Positions 11,101 through 20,550 are shown, counted from the first letter of the stretch. The stretch: DNA of 64,000 nt from an uncultured Spirochaetota bacterium (GCA_963768055.1 CAVYGN010000001.1:448001-512000), one strand, 5' to 3'. Notes: generated by a model from the letters alone, not told the origin. Translations and numbers: made by a program.

Positions 11101-11809
11101 CATCGGGTATTTTTAATCCGTGTTTTTCCATTTCCCTCATGACGCTGATAGCCATATAATCATTCGAGCAAACGACCGAGTCGAAATTCGTTTTTCTTTT
11201 TTCATACAGGGTTTCGAAGGCCTTTGCCCCACCGAAATAACTGAAATTTCCATTGGTTATCAATTCCTGATCGAGATCGATATTGTGCCTGGCCAGAACA
11301 TTTTTATAGGCTTCAAACCTCTGGATGGCGTCGAAATTACCTTCGGTTCCTGCCATAAACGCTATTTTCTTATATTTATGATACTCAATCAGATGGGTGA
11401 CTAGATCTTCCATTCCTTTCTTATTATCTATAAGGACATTGTGCACTCCATCTATATTCGATCCGATGTTGACAATAGGGATGCCGGTGTATTTTGACAG
11501 GAAAGCCGTCATGTCTTTTTTTGGTATGAAATTGCCGATTGATCCTTCAACAATAATTCCATCGACATTTTCAATCCCAGGAAGATCGAAGATAAAATTG
11601 CAATTTTCGCCCAGAACTGCGCCGCCGGAGGGGCTTTTCAAAAACCCCCCGCCGAAACCTATAAAATTCTGGTTATAATCCCTGCATGTTTTTATTATAT
11701 TATAAAATAAATTTGCAGTATATGCCCCGTAAAAATCTCCGAAAAGAAAGCCGATCGTAAAACGGTCATGTTTCATATCAAACCCGCAATTTATAAAGGA
11801 ATTATACAC
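8117..11809 (-). CDS. Hybrid signalling protein: LacI-type sugar-binding domain, histidine kinase, receiver, GGDEF
   Basis: NDYMA..VTGFDD..PTLTTVKQP..IIRESCGC; THDFRSPL H-box, NILSNAIKF, DNGIGI, GTGIGL; CDFNMP; RYGGDEF. Start may be 11776. Confidence 0.9.
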   Translation of the reverse strand: MYNSFINCGFDMKHDRFTIGFLFGDFYGAYTANLFYNIIKTCRDYNQNFIGFGGGFLKSPSGGAVLGENCNFIFDLPGIENVDGIIVEGSIGNFIPKKDMTAFLSKYTGIPIVNIGSNIDGVHNVLIDNKKGMEDLVTHLIEYHKYKKIAFMAGTEGNFDAIQRFEAYKNVLARHNIDLDQELITNGNFSYFGGAKAFETLYEKRKTNFDSVVCSNDYMAISVMREMEKHGLKIPDDAAVTGFDDTQECWTAQPTLTTVKQPFFDIGQESVKLLLSIMEGKKVPENVVIPTEFIIRESCGCRAVDKLNHIMNDRITNSNQNKKSFFFIDKSEFNDEIGAIMAKELPYLKSKIDLKKRLKVLVDRYFETRDGGNKNRLFEEFLDLFRILLDSNEEIISINQFMSIFYGNLINRFLSSDERESGLQLWNETLALFGLMIKEEQSEKRARITLESHVVFDVTESFINTFDIEKLKEAVLSNLPPQFQFKSFYTCLFEDQTREFARVLFAYDKNNKKIGNEPFPSKKLLPSDINKNKTGFQEYVVMALNFKDEYFGYILYDIQTLTSFIYETLSVQISGAIKGARLTNELYVYTNQLEHRVKERTIELEKANTKLKELDALKNDFIANITHDFRSPLTVILNAADLAIRFDDNIDDEEKEKFRMIYKSSLRLKDTIDKLLELAKIDARGIKLKIEKVDLAANINSLLDYYESSVSSSGIKIKRILPAKKIEDFYTDTEKLEEILDNILSNAIKFVNPDTGVIITELEEKADHILISISDNGIGIPKEKLKIIFNRFEQLHDGRNSQYHGTGIGLAFSKQLTDFLKGEIWAESEGPGKGSRFLIKMKKGRAHFNEKDISSDENTFRRRKDLKTLIEAELDEKQRIENIRTIFMDLNRENESDYKKGIILIIDDDKSICEIIYTYLNKNGFKNFIIASDGKQGLEAVYEYSPDIVICDFNMPNMKGDDLHNRLVGNPVHKEIPFIFLSAVADEGLMLERRELGAAAYLKKPIEEKLLIITVDEQLMKYYELKKIRQLASKDELTGLNNRRAALENLKRELSVRQYRDISIIFMDLDFFKRINDSHGHQAGDLFLAMTGKIIKSAIRKYDIAGRYGGDEFIVILPETNLKNAAHVAEGLRNSIGNTIINYGDKALSITSSFGVVSLRDNSDYINKTLGIGDLKDLYEVRDREGADWEKIDKIKEEIAELLLKMADEALYKAKKIGRNRIVMHGRNAL

Positions 11810-11873
11810 CTTTATTTCAAATTTGACAAGAACGGTAAAATCGTTTCTAAGGCCGCGGAGATAATAAATGTGC

Positions 11874-11905
11874 GGTAGAGACGTTTTTGATAAAACGTCC
11901 CTACC
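11874..11905. repeat. GTAG-type REP-like hairpin just downstream of metY (possible terminator)
   Basis: GGTAGAGACGTTTT-TGAT-AAAACGTCCCTACC. Confidence 0.6.
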
Positions 11906-11911
11906 ACGGTT

Positions 11912-13210
11912 TTAAATTTTATATAGTGCCTGGTCCAGGTCGGCTTTAATGTCTTCGATTTCTTCAAGTCCGATGGAAAGCCTTACAAGTTCCGGCGTTA
12001 ATCCGCCTTCCCTCTGCTGTTCTTCGGTAAGCTGCGAGTGTGATGTGCTTGCCGGGTGGAGTACAAGCGATTTTGCGTCGCCGACATTGGCAAGGTGGGA
12101 AAAGAGCTTTAAATTTTCGATCAAATTTTCGCCGCAGACTTTTCCTCCTTTAACCCCGAATACCACCATGCCTCCGAACCCCTTTTTAAGGTACTTTGAT
12201 GCAATAGGATATGTCGGGTCGTCCTTCAAGCCCGGGTACCTGACCCATGCCACTTTCGGATGTGTTTTTAAAAATTCGGCTACGGCAAGAGCGTTTTCGC
12301 TATGCCGGGGCATTCTTACATGCAGTGTCTCGGTCCCCTGAAGAAAGATCCAGGAATTATCGGGAGAGATGGCGGCGCCGAGGTTCCTTAAAGGGACTGT
12401 CCTGAAGCGGAGCGCGAAAGCGATCTTTTTTAAAGGGTCGGGAAGGTCTATAGCCCAGCGAAGGCCATGATAGTTTTTGTCAGGCTCAGTGTAAAGTGAA
12501 AACTTTTTGTCCGACCAGTCGAAATTGCCGGCGTCAGTAGCTATACCGCCGATGGCGGTTCCATGCCCGCCAATCCATTTTGTTAGCGAGTTAATCACAA
12601 TGTTGGCGCCATGTTCGATTGATTTTAATAAATAGGGGGTTGTAAAGGTAGCGTCGACGATCAGCGGAATATTATATTCCTTCGCGATCCCGGATATCGC
12701 CTCAATGTCCGTAAAATCAAGAACGGGATTGCCGATCGTCTCGATGAAAATCCCGCGGGTCCGGTCGTTGATAAGTTTTTTAAAGCTGGACGGGTCCTTA
12801 TGGTTAGCGAACTTGACATTGATGCCAAGATCGGGAAGGATCGCGTCGAACATTGTGTAAGTGCCGCCGTAAAGATTGGGCGCCGAAACTATCTCATTGC
12901 CGGCTTTAGCGACATTGATTATGGAGTAGAATATCGCGCTCGTACCCGAAGCGACGGCTACAGAAGCCGCTCCCCCTTCCAGGGTTGTGATCCTCTGCTC
13001 GAGGACGTCGGTCGTGGGGTTCATAATCCGGGTGTAAATATTGCCGAATTCCTTAAGCGCGAAAAGATTGGCCGCATGCTCTGTGCTTTTGAATACATAA
13101 GAGCTTGTGCGGTAAAGCGGCACTCCCCTCGATGTGGTTTCATCGATCTTCTGACCGCTATGCAGAGCCTGGGTGTTAAACCCTGCCTTTTCCCATGAAA
13201 AATCTGCCAT
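11912..13210 (-). CDS. metY: O-acetylhomoserine aminocarboxypropyltransferase (sulfhydrylase)
   Basis: GNIYTRIMNPT, SLTKWIGGHG PLP lysine, HLANVGDAKSLVLHPASTSH. Confidence 0.93.
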   Translation of the reverse strand: MADFSWEKAGFNTQALHSGQKIDETTSRGVPLYRTSSYVFKSTEHAANLFALKEFGNIYTRIMNPTTDVLEQRITTLEGGAASVAVASGTSAIFYSIINVAKAGNEIVSAPNLYGGTYTMFDAILPDLGINVKFANHKDPSSFKKLINDRTRGIFIETIGNPVLDFTDIEAISGIAKEYNIPLIVDATFTTPYLLKSIEHGANIVINSLTKWIGGHGTAIGGIATDAGNFDWSDKKFSLYTEPDKNYHGLRWAIDLPDPLKKIAFALRFRTVPLRNLGAAISPDNSWIFLQGTETLHVRMPRHSENALAVAEFLKTHPKVAWVRYPGLKDDPTYPIASKYLKKGFGGMVVFGVKGGKVCGENLIENLKLFSHLANVGDAKSLVLHPASTSHSQLTEEQQREGGLTPELVRLSIGLEEIEDIKADLDQALYKI

Positions 13211-13255
13211 ATATAGCCTCCTTAATTATTTTTTATTACAGCAAATCAAATAAAA

Positions 13256-14179
13256 TTAATCCTCAAATAACCATGTTGAAAGATACCTTTCCCCGGTATC
13301 GCAGGCTATGGTCACGATCGTTTTTCCTTTGTTCTCAGGCCTTTTTGCGGCTTCGATTGCAGCCCATACGTTAGCCCCTGAAGATATGCCGACCAGAATC
13401 CCTTCTACCCTGGCAAGCTTCCTGGACATTGCCCCGGCATCTTCATGTTTTACCTGGATGATCTCGTCAATCAGATCTACCCTGAGAATTTTCGGGATGA
13501 AATTAGGGCCGATACCCTGTATTTTATGAGGGCCGGCTTTACCTCCCGACAATACCGGCGAATCGACCGGTTCAACCGCTATAGTTTTAAAGCCGGGAAC
13601 CCTTGCTTTCATAACTTCTGTAATTCCGGTTAAAGACCCGCCTGTTCCTGTTCCGGAAACCAGGATATCAACCTTGCCTTCCGAGTCCCTCCATATTTCT
13701 TCGGCTGTGGTTTTTTTGTGTATTTCAGGATTGGCCGGGTTGTTAAACTGCTGTGGCATAAAGGCGTTAGGTGTAGATCCGGCGATTTCCTCCGCTTTAT
13801 CCACCGCCCCCTGCATGCCTTTTGATCCTTCTGTAAGGACAAGTTCGGCGCCGAAAAACTTTAGAAGCTTGCGGCGTTCGATGCTGAAAGTTTCAGGCAT
13901 TGTAAGAATCAGCTTGTAACCTTTCGCGGCGGCGGCAAATGCAAGGGCGATCCCCGTGTTGCCGCTTGTCGGTTCAACAATCACCGATTCTTTTGTCAGA
14001 AGCCCTTTTCTTTCAGCGTCTTCTATCATAGCCAGGCCTATCCTGTCTTTGACGCTTGAAAGAGGATTGAAAGATTCGAGCTTTAAAAGAATATCCGCGC
14101 CCAGACCTACGGCGATTTTGTTAAGCCTTAGCAACGGGGTATTTCCGATGAGTTCTGTAATACTGTTCGCCACTTTCAT
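13256..14179 (-). CDS. cysK: Cysteine synthase A
   Basis: SVKDRIG, PTSGNTG, GTGGS, HKIQGIG, ERYLST. Confidence 0.96.
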   Translation of the reverse strand: MKVANSITELIGNTPLLRLNKIAVGLGADILLKLESFNPLSSVKDRIGLAMIEDAERKGLLTKESVIVEPTSGNTGIALAFAAAAKGYKLILTMPETFSIERRKLLKFFGAELVLTEGSKGMQGAVDKAEEIAGSTPNAFMPQQFNNPANPEIHKKTTAEEIWRDSEGKVDILVSGTGTGGSLTGITEVMKARVPGFKTIAVEPVDSPVLSGGKAGPHKIQGIGPNFIPKILRVDLIDEIIQVKHEDAGAMSRKLARVEGILVGISSGANVWAAIEAAKRPENKGKTIVTIACDTGERYLSTWLFED

Positions 14180-14293
14180 ATATATCCTCCTTTGATATTT
14201 TTTATAGGTATTATTGTATGATATATAATAGTTAAATATGATAGATATCGGCGAATGCTTCGGATTTGAGCATCCGGGCCTCCATAAATTAAA

Positions 14294-14320
14294 TATATCC
14301 TATGGGAATAGTAGGGTATA
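14294..14320. promoter_or_regulatory. Putative Rrf2 (IscR/CymR-like) operator upstream of cysK
   Basis: TATATCCTAT-N7-GTAGGGTATA, arms match 8 of 10; lies between rrf2 and cysK. Confidence 0.6.
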
Positions 14321-14339
14321 ACTGAAAAATTTTTTTACC

Positions 14340-14774
14340 TCAAATATCAAAACTTGGTTCGAAACATATTTTATGGTAATCGTCTACCATGTCCGATAAA
14401 TTTATCTTTATCAATGAGTTTTTAATGGCGTCATTCAGATTTCTCCATACATTCTGTGCGGGGCAGTTCCCGTTTTTAGAACAGTCTCCGCCTTCCAGGC
14501 AATCGATTATTGATAGAGAGCCTTCCAGCCGGCTTACTACATCGGCAAGATTTATTGAAGACGGATCTCCAGACAACTGGTATCCTCCCTGGGCTCCCCT
14601 TTGCGCGGTAATAAAACCGGCGGATTTTAGAAAGCCGGCTATTTGTTCGAGATATTTTTCCGAAATATTTTCTTTTTTAGCTATCTCGTTTAGCTGTACA
14701 GTGCCCTTATCGTAATTTAAAGCAAGCTGAAATAACAGCCTTACTCCGTAGCGGGTTCTTGTAGTCAATTTCAT
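14340..14774 (-). CDS. Rrf2 family transcriptional regulator with three Cys (IscR/CymR-like)
   Basis: MKLTTRTRYG, ISEKYLEQI, RGAQGGY, C-x5-C-x5-C; start trimmed to ATG 14774. Confidence 0.92.
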   Translation of the reverse strand: MKLTTRTRYGVRLLFQLALNYDKGTVQLNEIAKKENISEKYLEQIAGFLKSAGFITAQRGAQGGYQLSGDPSSINLADVVSRLEGSLSIIDCLEGGDCSKNGNCPAQNVWRNLNDAIKNSLIKINLSDMVDDYHKICFEPSFDI

Positions 14775-14804
14775 AATTAATTCCCATATGAATACTATGA
14801 AATG

Positions 14805-14833
14805 ATTATAACTGTTTTGATATATTTTGTCAA
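14805..14833 (-). promoter_or_regulatory. Consensus sigma70 promoter of the rrf2 gene
   Basis: TTGACA (14833-14828), 17 bp spacer, TATAAT (14810-14805) on minus strand. Confidence 0.8.
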
Positions 14834-14875
14834 TAGATAAGAAAATTATTTTCAAGGCGTTTGATTCAGAGTATT

Positions 14876-15514
14876 GAAACCACAGATAACACAGATTTCA
14901 CGGATTATTTCTGTGAAATCTTTTAAAATTAATTAGATCTTTGAATTTAATGAGCTTTCAGGTTTTTTGGTATATAATAAATAAGGTAGGTATTGAGTAA
15001 TTATTATTTGAAGGTGTAAATATGTCTGGCAAAGAAAAATTAGAAGGAAGAATTTATCCTGCCATTAAATCATGTGTTAATAATCGGTATAAAATTATTG
15101 CCGGAATATTTTCAGTGTATGCTTTTATGAAATCATCCTTAAACACTGGAATATTAACAAGCAAGGTTTCCATATATGTGGCTTTCATATTTACTTTTTT
15201 TGTACTTCATAATACTCTTAATTATTATCTCAATTTGGTTGAGCAACAAAAAATTGAAAACAACAAAGTAATAAAAAGTAAATTATTTTGGGATTATTTT
15301 AATGTAGAAGGGGTGTTTGCTATTGTAATGCTGCTTATTATATGGTCGGGTTATTGGTTTGTAATTAAAGAATAGTAGTGAGAAAATAAAAATATTCGGG
15401 GTTATGTCCTATATTTATTGTTTTTCTATCACAATTAAATAATGATTTCACGGATTGTAAAATTATTATTCATGTTTTTATGGTATCTGTGTTCATCTGT
15501 GAAATCTGTGGTTC
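14876..15514. mobile_element. CCACAGAT-family inverted-repeat element (copy 2) enclosing an AT-rich ORF
   Basis: GAAACCACAGATAACACAGATTTCACGGA...TCTGTGAAATC [cargo] GATTTCACGGA...ATCTGTGTTCATCTGTGAAATCTGTGGTTC; mobility is inferred. Confidence 0.55.
15022..15375 (+). CDS. Hypothetical membrane protein
   Basis: 117 aa ORF, GAAGG RBS, about three hydrophobic segments, AT-rich. Confidence 0.65.
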   Translation: MSGKEKLEGRIYPAIKSCVNNRYKIIAGIFSVYAFMKSSLNTGILTSKVSIYVAFIFTFFVLHNTLNYYLNLVEQQKIENNKVIKSKLFWDYFNVEGVFAIVMLLIIWSGYWFVIKE

Positions 15515-15654
15515 TAATCCAGTGGATTAACTCATAAACTTGACTTTTAAAATATCGGGATTAACATATAACTTCTAAAAAATCATACCCGCGGGCCCTT
15601 GGGTCCTGCGGATATTACGAGGTTATAAATACGAAGGTATTAACTTCCGGGGGA

Positions 15655-16017
15655 TTGATATTATTAGTGGATGATGAAGAGTCGATTTTAACGACGACAT
15701 CCGCCATTCTTGATAAAATCGGCTATAGGGTGATATCGTCCCTTTCCGGGGCCCGGGCCCTGGAAATATTCAAGGAAAGATACGCCGATATAAGCCTCGT
15801 AATGCTGGATATGATCATGCCCGGCATGTCCGGGGATGAAACCTTTTTTGAAATGAAAAAAATCCAGCCTGATGTCAATGTTCTGCTGACATCCGGAATT
15901 ATAAATGATAAGAGGGTGGAAAACCTTCTTAAAGCCGGGATCCTGGGCATATTGCAGAAACCTTATACCATAAATGAATTAATTGGCACCCTGGAAAACT
16001 TGAAGAAACGGGAATAG
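15655..16017 (+). CDS. Single-domain response regulator (receiver)
   Basis: ILLVDDE, MLDMIMPGMSG, TSG, KPY. Confidence 0.85.
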   Translation: MILLVDDEESILTTTSAILDKIGYRVISSLSGARALEIFKERYADISLVMLDMIMPGMSGDETFFEMKKIQPDVNVLLTSGIINDKRVENLLKAGILGILQKPYTINELIGTLENLKKRE

Positions 16018-16033
16018 GACATTTTAATATTAT

Positions 16034-17497
16034 ATGATTGATATTCAAAGAGCGGGCAGGAAGCGCCGTATTGTCCTAGTGCATCCGCGCGGTTCAAACT
16101 GGATCAAGGGCAGCAGGGACGTCGTCGCTTCCGCTAACCGAATGATCCCTTATGGAATCCTCTCTATCGCGGCCTGGCTGGAAAGGGAAGGCTGCGAAGT
16201 ATTCGTCCATGACTGCCTTGGTCCCAAGGCGTCTTTCGATTTCGGAATAAATATTAATGAAATACTTAATCTCAATGCGGATATAATCGGTTTTACTGCC
16301 ACTACATCCTCATTTCCAGATGCGGCAAAAATGGCGGCCGCTCTTAAGCTGGCCGATCCCGGCATTATAACGGTATGCGGCGGAGTTCATTGTTCCTCGC
16401 TTGGCGCGACCCTTTTAAAAGATTACCCCGCCTTCGATTTCCTCGTAATGGGAGAGGGGGAAATTACATTAGCTGAACTGGCCCTTGGCTGCGGTCCCGG
16501 CGATGTGAAAGGGATAGTCTGGCGCAACGGCAGAGAGATCGTAGAGAACAAACCCCGCCCGATGATTGACGACCTGGACATTCTGCCTTTCCCGTCATAT
16601 GAAAAACTGAAAGGATTTCCCGGGGGCTACAACCTGCCGCTCTTCAGCTACGCAAAAATTCCCTGCTCGTCAATGGTAACCAGCCGGGGATGCTTGTTTG
16701 CATGCTCCTACTGCGATCGTTCGGTTTTCAAAAAGGGATTCCGCTATAATTCGGCCGGATACATATATGATCATTTAAAATATCTTAATAAAAGGTTCGG
16801 TGTCCGACATGTCAACATTTATGACGATCTCTTCACTACCGATGAGAAACGCATCGTCGAGCTTTGCGAAATGCTGGTCAATAAACCCATCGATATGCAG
16901 TTTAATTGCGCGGTACGCGCCGGATTCGCTCCCGATAAGCTTCTAAGGATGCTTAAAGAAGCCGGCTGTCTTATGGTATCGCTCGGGATCGAATCTGCGG
17001 ACCCTGATATGTTGAACAAACACAAGGCGGGTGTAACAGTGGAAACGATCAGGGATACGGTTGCCCGAATACAGGCGGCCGGCTTGCGGGCAAAAGGCCT
17101 CTTTATGATGGGCCTTCCGGGAGAAACCGAGGAATCGATCCGGCGGACAAGCGACTTTGTCATTTCACTCGGTCTCGATGATATGAATATGGCCAAGTTT
17201 ACCCCCTTTCCCGGTGCGCCATTATGGAAGACTATCCGGGAAGAAGGGTCATTCGAGGAAGACTGGGAACAGATGAACTGCCTCAATTTCGTATTTATTC
17301 CGAAGAGCATAAGCTCAAAGGAACGTCTCGACCAGCTTTATAATGAGCATATCAAACGGTTTTATACCAGTAAAGACTGGCTCCGCAAATTCAGGAAACG
17401 CATCTGGCATCATAGGCATTCTATCTGGCATATTATCAAAAACCTGCCTGATTTTTTAGTAGCCAAGCAGCAATTCGAACCCAAAACGGTAAAATAG
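16034..17497 (+). CDS. B12-binding radical SAM protein
   Basis: N-terminal cobalamin-binding fold (PYGILSIAA, GGVH), TSRGCLFACSYC, GIES, MMGLPGET. Confidence 0.92.
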   Translation: MIDIQRAGRKRRIVLVHPRGSNWIKGSRDVVASANRMIPYGILSIAAWLEREGCEVFVHDCLGPKASFDFGININEILNLNADIIGFTATTSSFPDAAKMAAALKLADPGIITVCGGVHCSSLGATLLKDYPAFDFLVMGEGEITLAELALGCGPGDVKGIVWRNGREIVENKPRPMIDDLDILPFPSYEKLKGFPGGYNLPLFSYAKIPCSSMVTSRGCLFACSYCDRSVFKKGFRYNSAGYIYDHLKYLNKRFGVRHVNIYDDLFTTDEKRIVELCEMLVNKPIDMQFNCAVRAGFAPDKLLRMLKEAGCLMVSLGIESADPDMLNKHKAGVTVETIRDTVARIQAAGLRAKGLFMMGLPGETEESIRRTSDFVISLGLDDMNMAKFTPFPGAPLWKTIREEGSFEEDWEQMNCLNFVFIPKSISSKERLDQLYNEHIKRFYTSKDWLRKFRKRIWHHRHSIWHIIKNLPDFLVAKQQFEPKTVK

Positions 17498-17514
17498 AAC
17501 TTTAGGAGGCAGCA

Positions 17515-18363
17515 ATGGATTCAAGGGAAGCAGGCATATTATTATTTTCGATCATGATTGTTCTTATGACGTCATTTCCAGCCGGATTAACTGCCCTCCT
17601 TCCAAACCTGCCTCCTATGGAGCTTCTTACAAATGTGGAAATTCCGGATAAAGAACATCTCGTTGTCGGGCAATATACCGGCAAACAGAAAACAGGCGAG
17701 ATTCATACAGTGACTACATATATATCGAAAAATATCATTAAGGTTTATACTTTCCAGTGGATCTATAATAATAAGGACCTGCCTCTGCCGGCTCATTATA
17801 CGAATTACGATTATATTTTTACTATCGATTTAAGCACAGGCCAGATGCTTAAATATTATCATGACGATACGGATTATTTTGTCAAAAGAAATAAAAACAA
17901 AGGGGCATATTTTGAGGACTATAGTTTTACAAATCATACGATGACTTCGATCATGAAATTTTGGGACGGAGACGATATAATAGAAAAAAAATTCGAATTC
18001 AAAGATATAGATACGAATTACCCTTTCTGGCATTATATGCCGTTTTTTTTGATCGGGGCAAGAATCTATAATTGGTATAAACCCGGCTTGATAAACATAT
18101 GGCAGGAATACGTAAAAGATCCCTTTTTAGCGGATTTTAAAATTACCGGGGAAGAAATAATAATCGATACCCCTCTCGGAAAGATAAAAACTACCGAAGT
18201 TGTCCCGGTTATTCATGATCCGGTTCTTGCCGGCATTTTAAAACAAGCTACAGATTCTATGAAATTCTGGTATGAAAAAGGGCCGAAAAGAAGATGGATA
18301 AAAATGCACCTTGACGTTGGGGACCAGTCATGGCTGCTGGAAAAATACGATATCTGGAAGTAA
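17515..18363 (+). CDS. Hypothetical exported protein
   Basis: 282 aa, signal-peptide-like N-terminus, AGGAGG RBS, DTPLGKIKT motif. Confidence 0.65.
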   Translation: MDSREAGILLFSIMIVLMTSFPAGLTALLPNLPPMELLTNVEIPDKEHLVVGQYTGKQKTGEIHTVTTYISKNIIKVYTFQWIYNNKDLPLPAHYTNYDYIFTIDLSTGQMLKYYHDDTDYFVKRNKNKGAYFEDYSFTNHTMTSIMKFWDGDDIIEKKFEFKDIDTNYPFWHYMPFFLIGARIYNWYKPGLINIWQEYVKDPFLADFKITGEEIIIDTPLGKIKTTEVVPVIHDPVLAGILKQATDSMKFWYEKGPKRRWIKMHLDVGDQSWLLEKYDIWK

Positions 18364-18375
18364 GTTGGGGGGTTA

Positions 18376-19515
18376 ATGGCCGCAAACTTACCGAATATAG
18401 GGTTCATTGGATTTTACTTGCTGCTGGCCCTCGCTTCCGTTTCAAGTTATGCCGATGACGGGGAAAACCTTCCACTTGACCTTCCGAGAACCCCTGTAAG
18501 TTCGATCAACGGATATTATTTCCCATCGCTAAACTCTTCTTCGCCATATCAATTCTTCGATAATTTCGGTTTTTCAGGATATATAGAGAATATTTTCGTT
18601 ACGGGGCCTAACCTGAATTTCGGTTACGGTTTTCAGCACTTTATCCAGAACAATACCGTAATATCCAACGGCACGCTTGTTTTGAACAATCCTGATTACG
18701 CATGGCAAAGCCAGGATTTATTAGATGTCAATGCCAATTACTCTTTCCTGTATTTCTGCCAGCTCAATGCGGATGTAAACTATGCTATGAACAGGCTGAT
18801 AAATCAGAGCGATATTTACAATTTATATAATTACAATAAGTTAAACTTTAACCTGAGTTTTATATATGACAGGAGATATTCTTCTCTGCAGCAGTGGACC
18901 CTGGGGGAGGTATTTATCTACCCGGAAGAGGGATATCTTTTATCCCTTGGCGACAGCTACAGCATTTTCAGCAATGCGGGAGGGAATTTACAGGACTCTC
19001 TTAATTCGGTCTTCGGCAAGGGAGAACTTTTAATACACCCTTTCAAGATACTGGTCATAGCCATGGATTTATCCGGGCAATCACTATTGCAGCATAATCC
19101 ATACTGGGCCTTCTCTCCCGAGACTAACGTAATAGGGTCCTATAATATGCCCGGCGATTATTTTGTCAATGGAAGCCTTGAAATGAGATTTTTATTTCCG
19201 GGAGGGATGTTTTGGGACACACCCTCCTTTTGGTATTTCAGCAGTTATAATGTTAAATTTTCTCCCGGCATACTCATAGGATATAATGCCGCTTATATCG
19301 GATATTTCAACTATGGTTCACAGCCGGGTTCGGGAAATTTCATTAACTCGGTTTACATTTCCCCAATGCTTGCGATTAGAATAGAAGGATCTTTATTAAC
19401 TGTTTTACGGTTCGATATTGCCGCTGCAAACGGCCCGAACTTAAACTATATATTGAGTTTAAATATAGGCTCCATTGGTTCCGCTCCGGCCAATATATGG
19501 AGAAAGGGATATTAG
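18376..19515 (+). CDS. Hypothetical outer-membrane beta-barrel-like protein
   Basis: Signal peptide, Asn/Tyr/Gly-rich amphipathic strands, YDRR..YPEEG segment reminiscent of BamA/TamA-type barrels. Confidence 0.55.
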   Translation: MAANLPNIGFIGFYLLLALASVSSYADDGENLPLDLPRTPVSSINGYYFPSLNSSSPYQFFDNFGFSGYIENIFVTGPNLNFGYGFQHFIQNNTVISNGTLVLNNPDYAWQSQDLLDVNANYSFLYFCQLNADVNYAMNRLINQSDIYNLYNYNKLNFNLSFIYDRRYSSLQQWTLGEVFIYPEEGYLLSLGDSYSIFSNAGGNLQDSLNSVFGKGELLIHPFKILVIAMDLSGQSLLQHNPYWAFSPETNVIGSYNMPGDYFVNGSLEMRFLFPGGMFWDTPSFWYFSSYNVKFSPGILIGYNAAYIGYFNYGSQPGSGNFINSVYISPMLAIRIEGSLLTVLRFDIAAANGPNLNYILSLNIGSIGSAPANIWRKGY

Positions 19516-19542
19516 GGCTATGATCTTCATCCGAGGGGGCAT

Positions 19543-20451
19543 ATGAAATTTTTCAATAAAACCGGAATTATAATACTTATACTTGAAACTCTTTCATTTT
19601 CCGCCGGCATGGCTTATAACGGCACCGATCTGTCGAAAGAACAGTCTCTTCTGATGGCTTTTCAGAACCAGCTTATTAAGGATACTATCTGCAGTTACCT
19701 CAATATGAAAAAAGCCGAACCTGTTTTAGGAGTTCCCGGGCAGATAACTTTATCGGCGGACCTGTCCTATTGTGACGCCGTTGCCCCGCTATTTTATTAT
19801 AATATCGATAACTCGAAATACCCCTTATTCGGACCCATTGACAATATTTTCGGCAGCGGTGAGGACATACAGACAATTAACCTTTCCCTTGCCGCGTCAT
19901 TTCCTTCAGACCTGCTTGGAACTATAGATGTTTCCTGGCTCCCAACCGCGTATTATGAAAATGCAAGCGAGAACAATTTCAAGATCGGCGCCAACCTCTA
20001 TTATCACCTTCTTAAAGACGCCCTTTTTGTTACAGGCCTTTATGCCGGTGCGGGATACAGTTATACTTACGGATCGATCGACAGGCAGATGAATCCATCG
20101 GCAATAATCGGCGGAACGGATGTTACATTTAACGGTAATTTCAATTCTGATTGGAATTACAACGGGATAAACCTTGAGTTATTCGCAAATAATCAGCTGT
20201 TTATTATTAATTTTTACGGAAGACTGGATTATTATTGTTTATTCGGCCGGACAGAGTCCGGATTTACAGGAAGCAGTTCGGTAAATCAGAATGCCGGTAA
20301 CTCCCTGACAGATAATTCAATAATCCAGGGCCTCGTAATTTCCGCCGGGATGGAAATAGGCATAGGTTTGCTCAAGCTGAATGTAGAAGCCGGCAAGGAC
20401 CTGCTTTCACCGGGGATGTATGCAGATGCGGGCATAAGGTTCGGATTTTGA
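19543..20451 (+). CDS. Hypothetical outer-membrane beta-barrel protein
   Basis: Signal peptide, alternating strands, C-terminal GIRFGF. Confidence 0.6.
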   Translation: MKFFNKTGIIILILETLSFSAGMAYNGTDLSKEQSLLMAFQNQLIKDTICSYLNMKKAEPVLGVPGQITLSADLSYCDAVAPLFYYNIDNSKYPLFGPIDNIFGSGEDIQTINLSLAASFPSDLLGTIDVSWLPTAYYENASENNFKIGANLYYHLLKDALFVTGLYAGAGYSYTYGSIDRQMNPSAIIGGTDVTFNGNFNSDWNYNGINLELFANNQLFIINFYGRLDYYCLFGRTESGFTGSSSVNQNAGNSLTDNSIIQGLVISAGMEIGIGLLKLNVEAGKDLLSPGMYADAGIRFGF

Positions 20452-20513
20452 CCCAGCCGGCGCATGAATTTTTGCGTTATTACTGTCCCTGTTGTATAAT
20501 AATAAACAATACG

Positions 20514-20550
20514 GAACCACAGATTAAGCCCTGAAGGGGTACACAGATGG
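20514..20550. repeat. CCACAGAT-family arm (copy 3, single arm)
   Basis: GAACCACAGATTAAGCCCTGAAGGGGTACACAGATGG, near-identical to the reverse complement of 1158-1190. Confidence 0.75.

Noticed and set aside
14876..14920. CACAGAT tandem units as a CRISPR array
   Set aside because: Units are about 9 bp, occur as inverted arms, have no unique spacers and no cas genes
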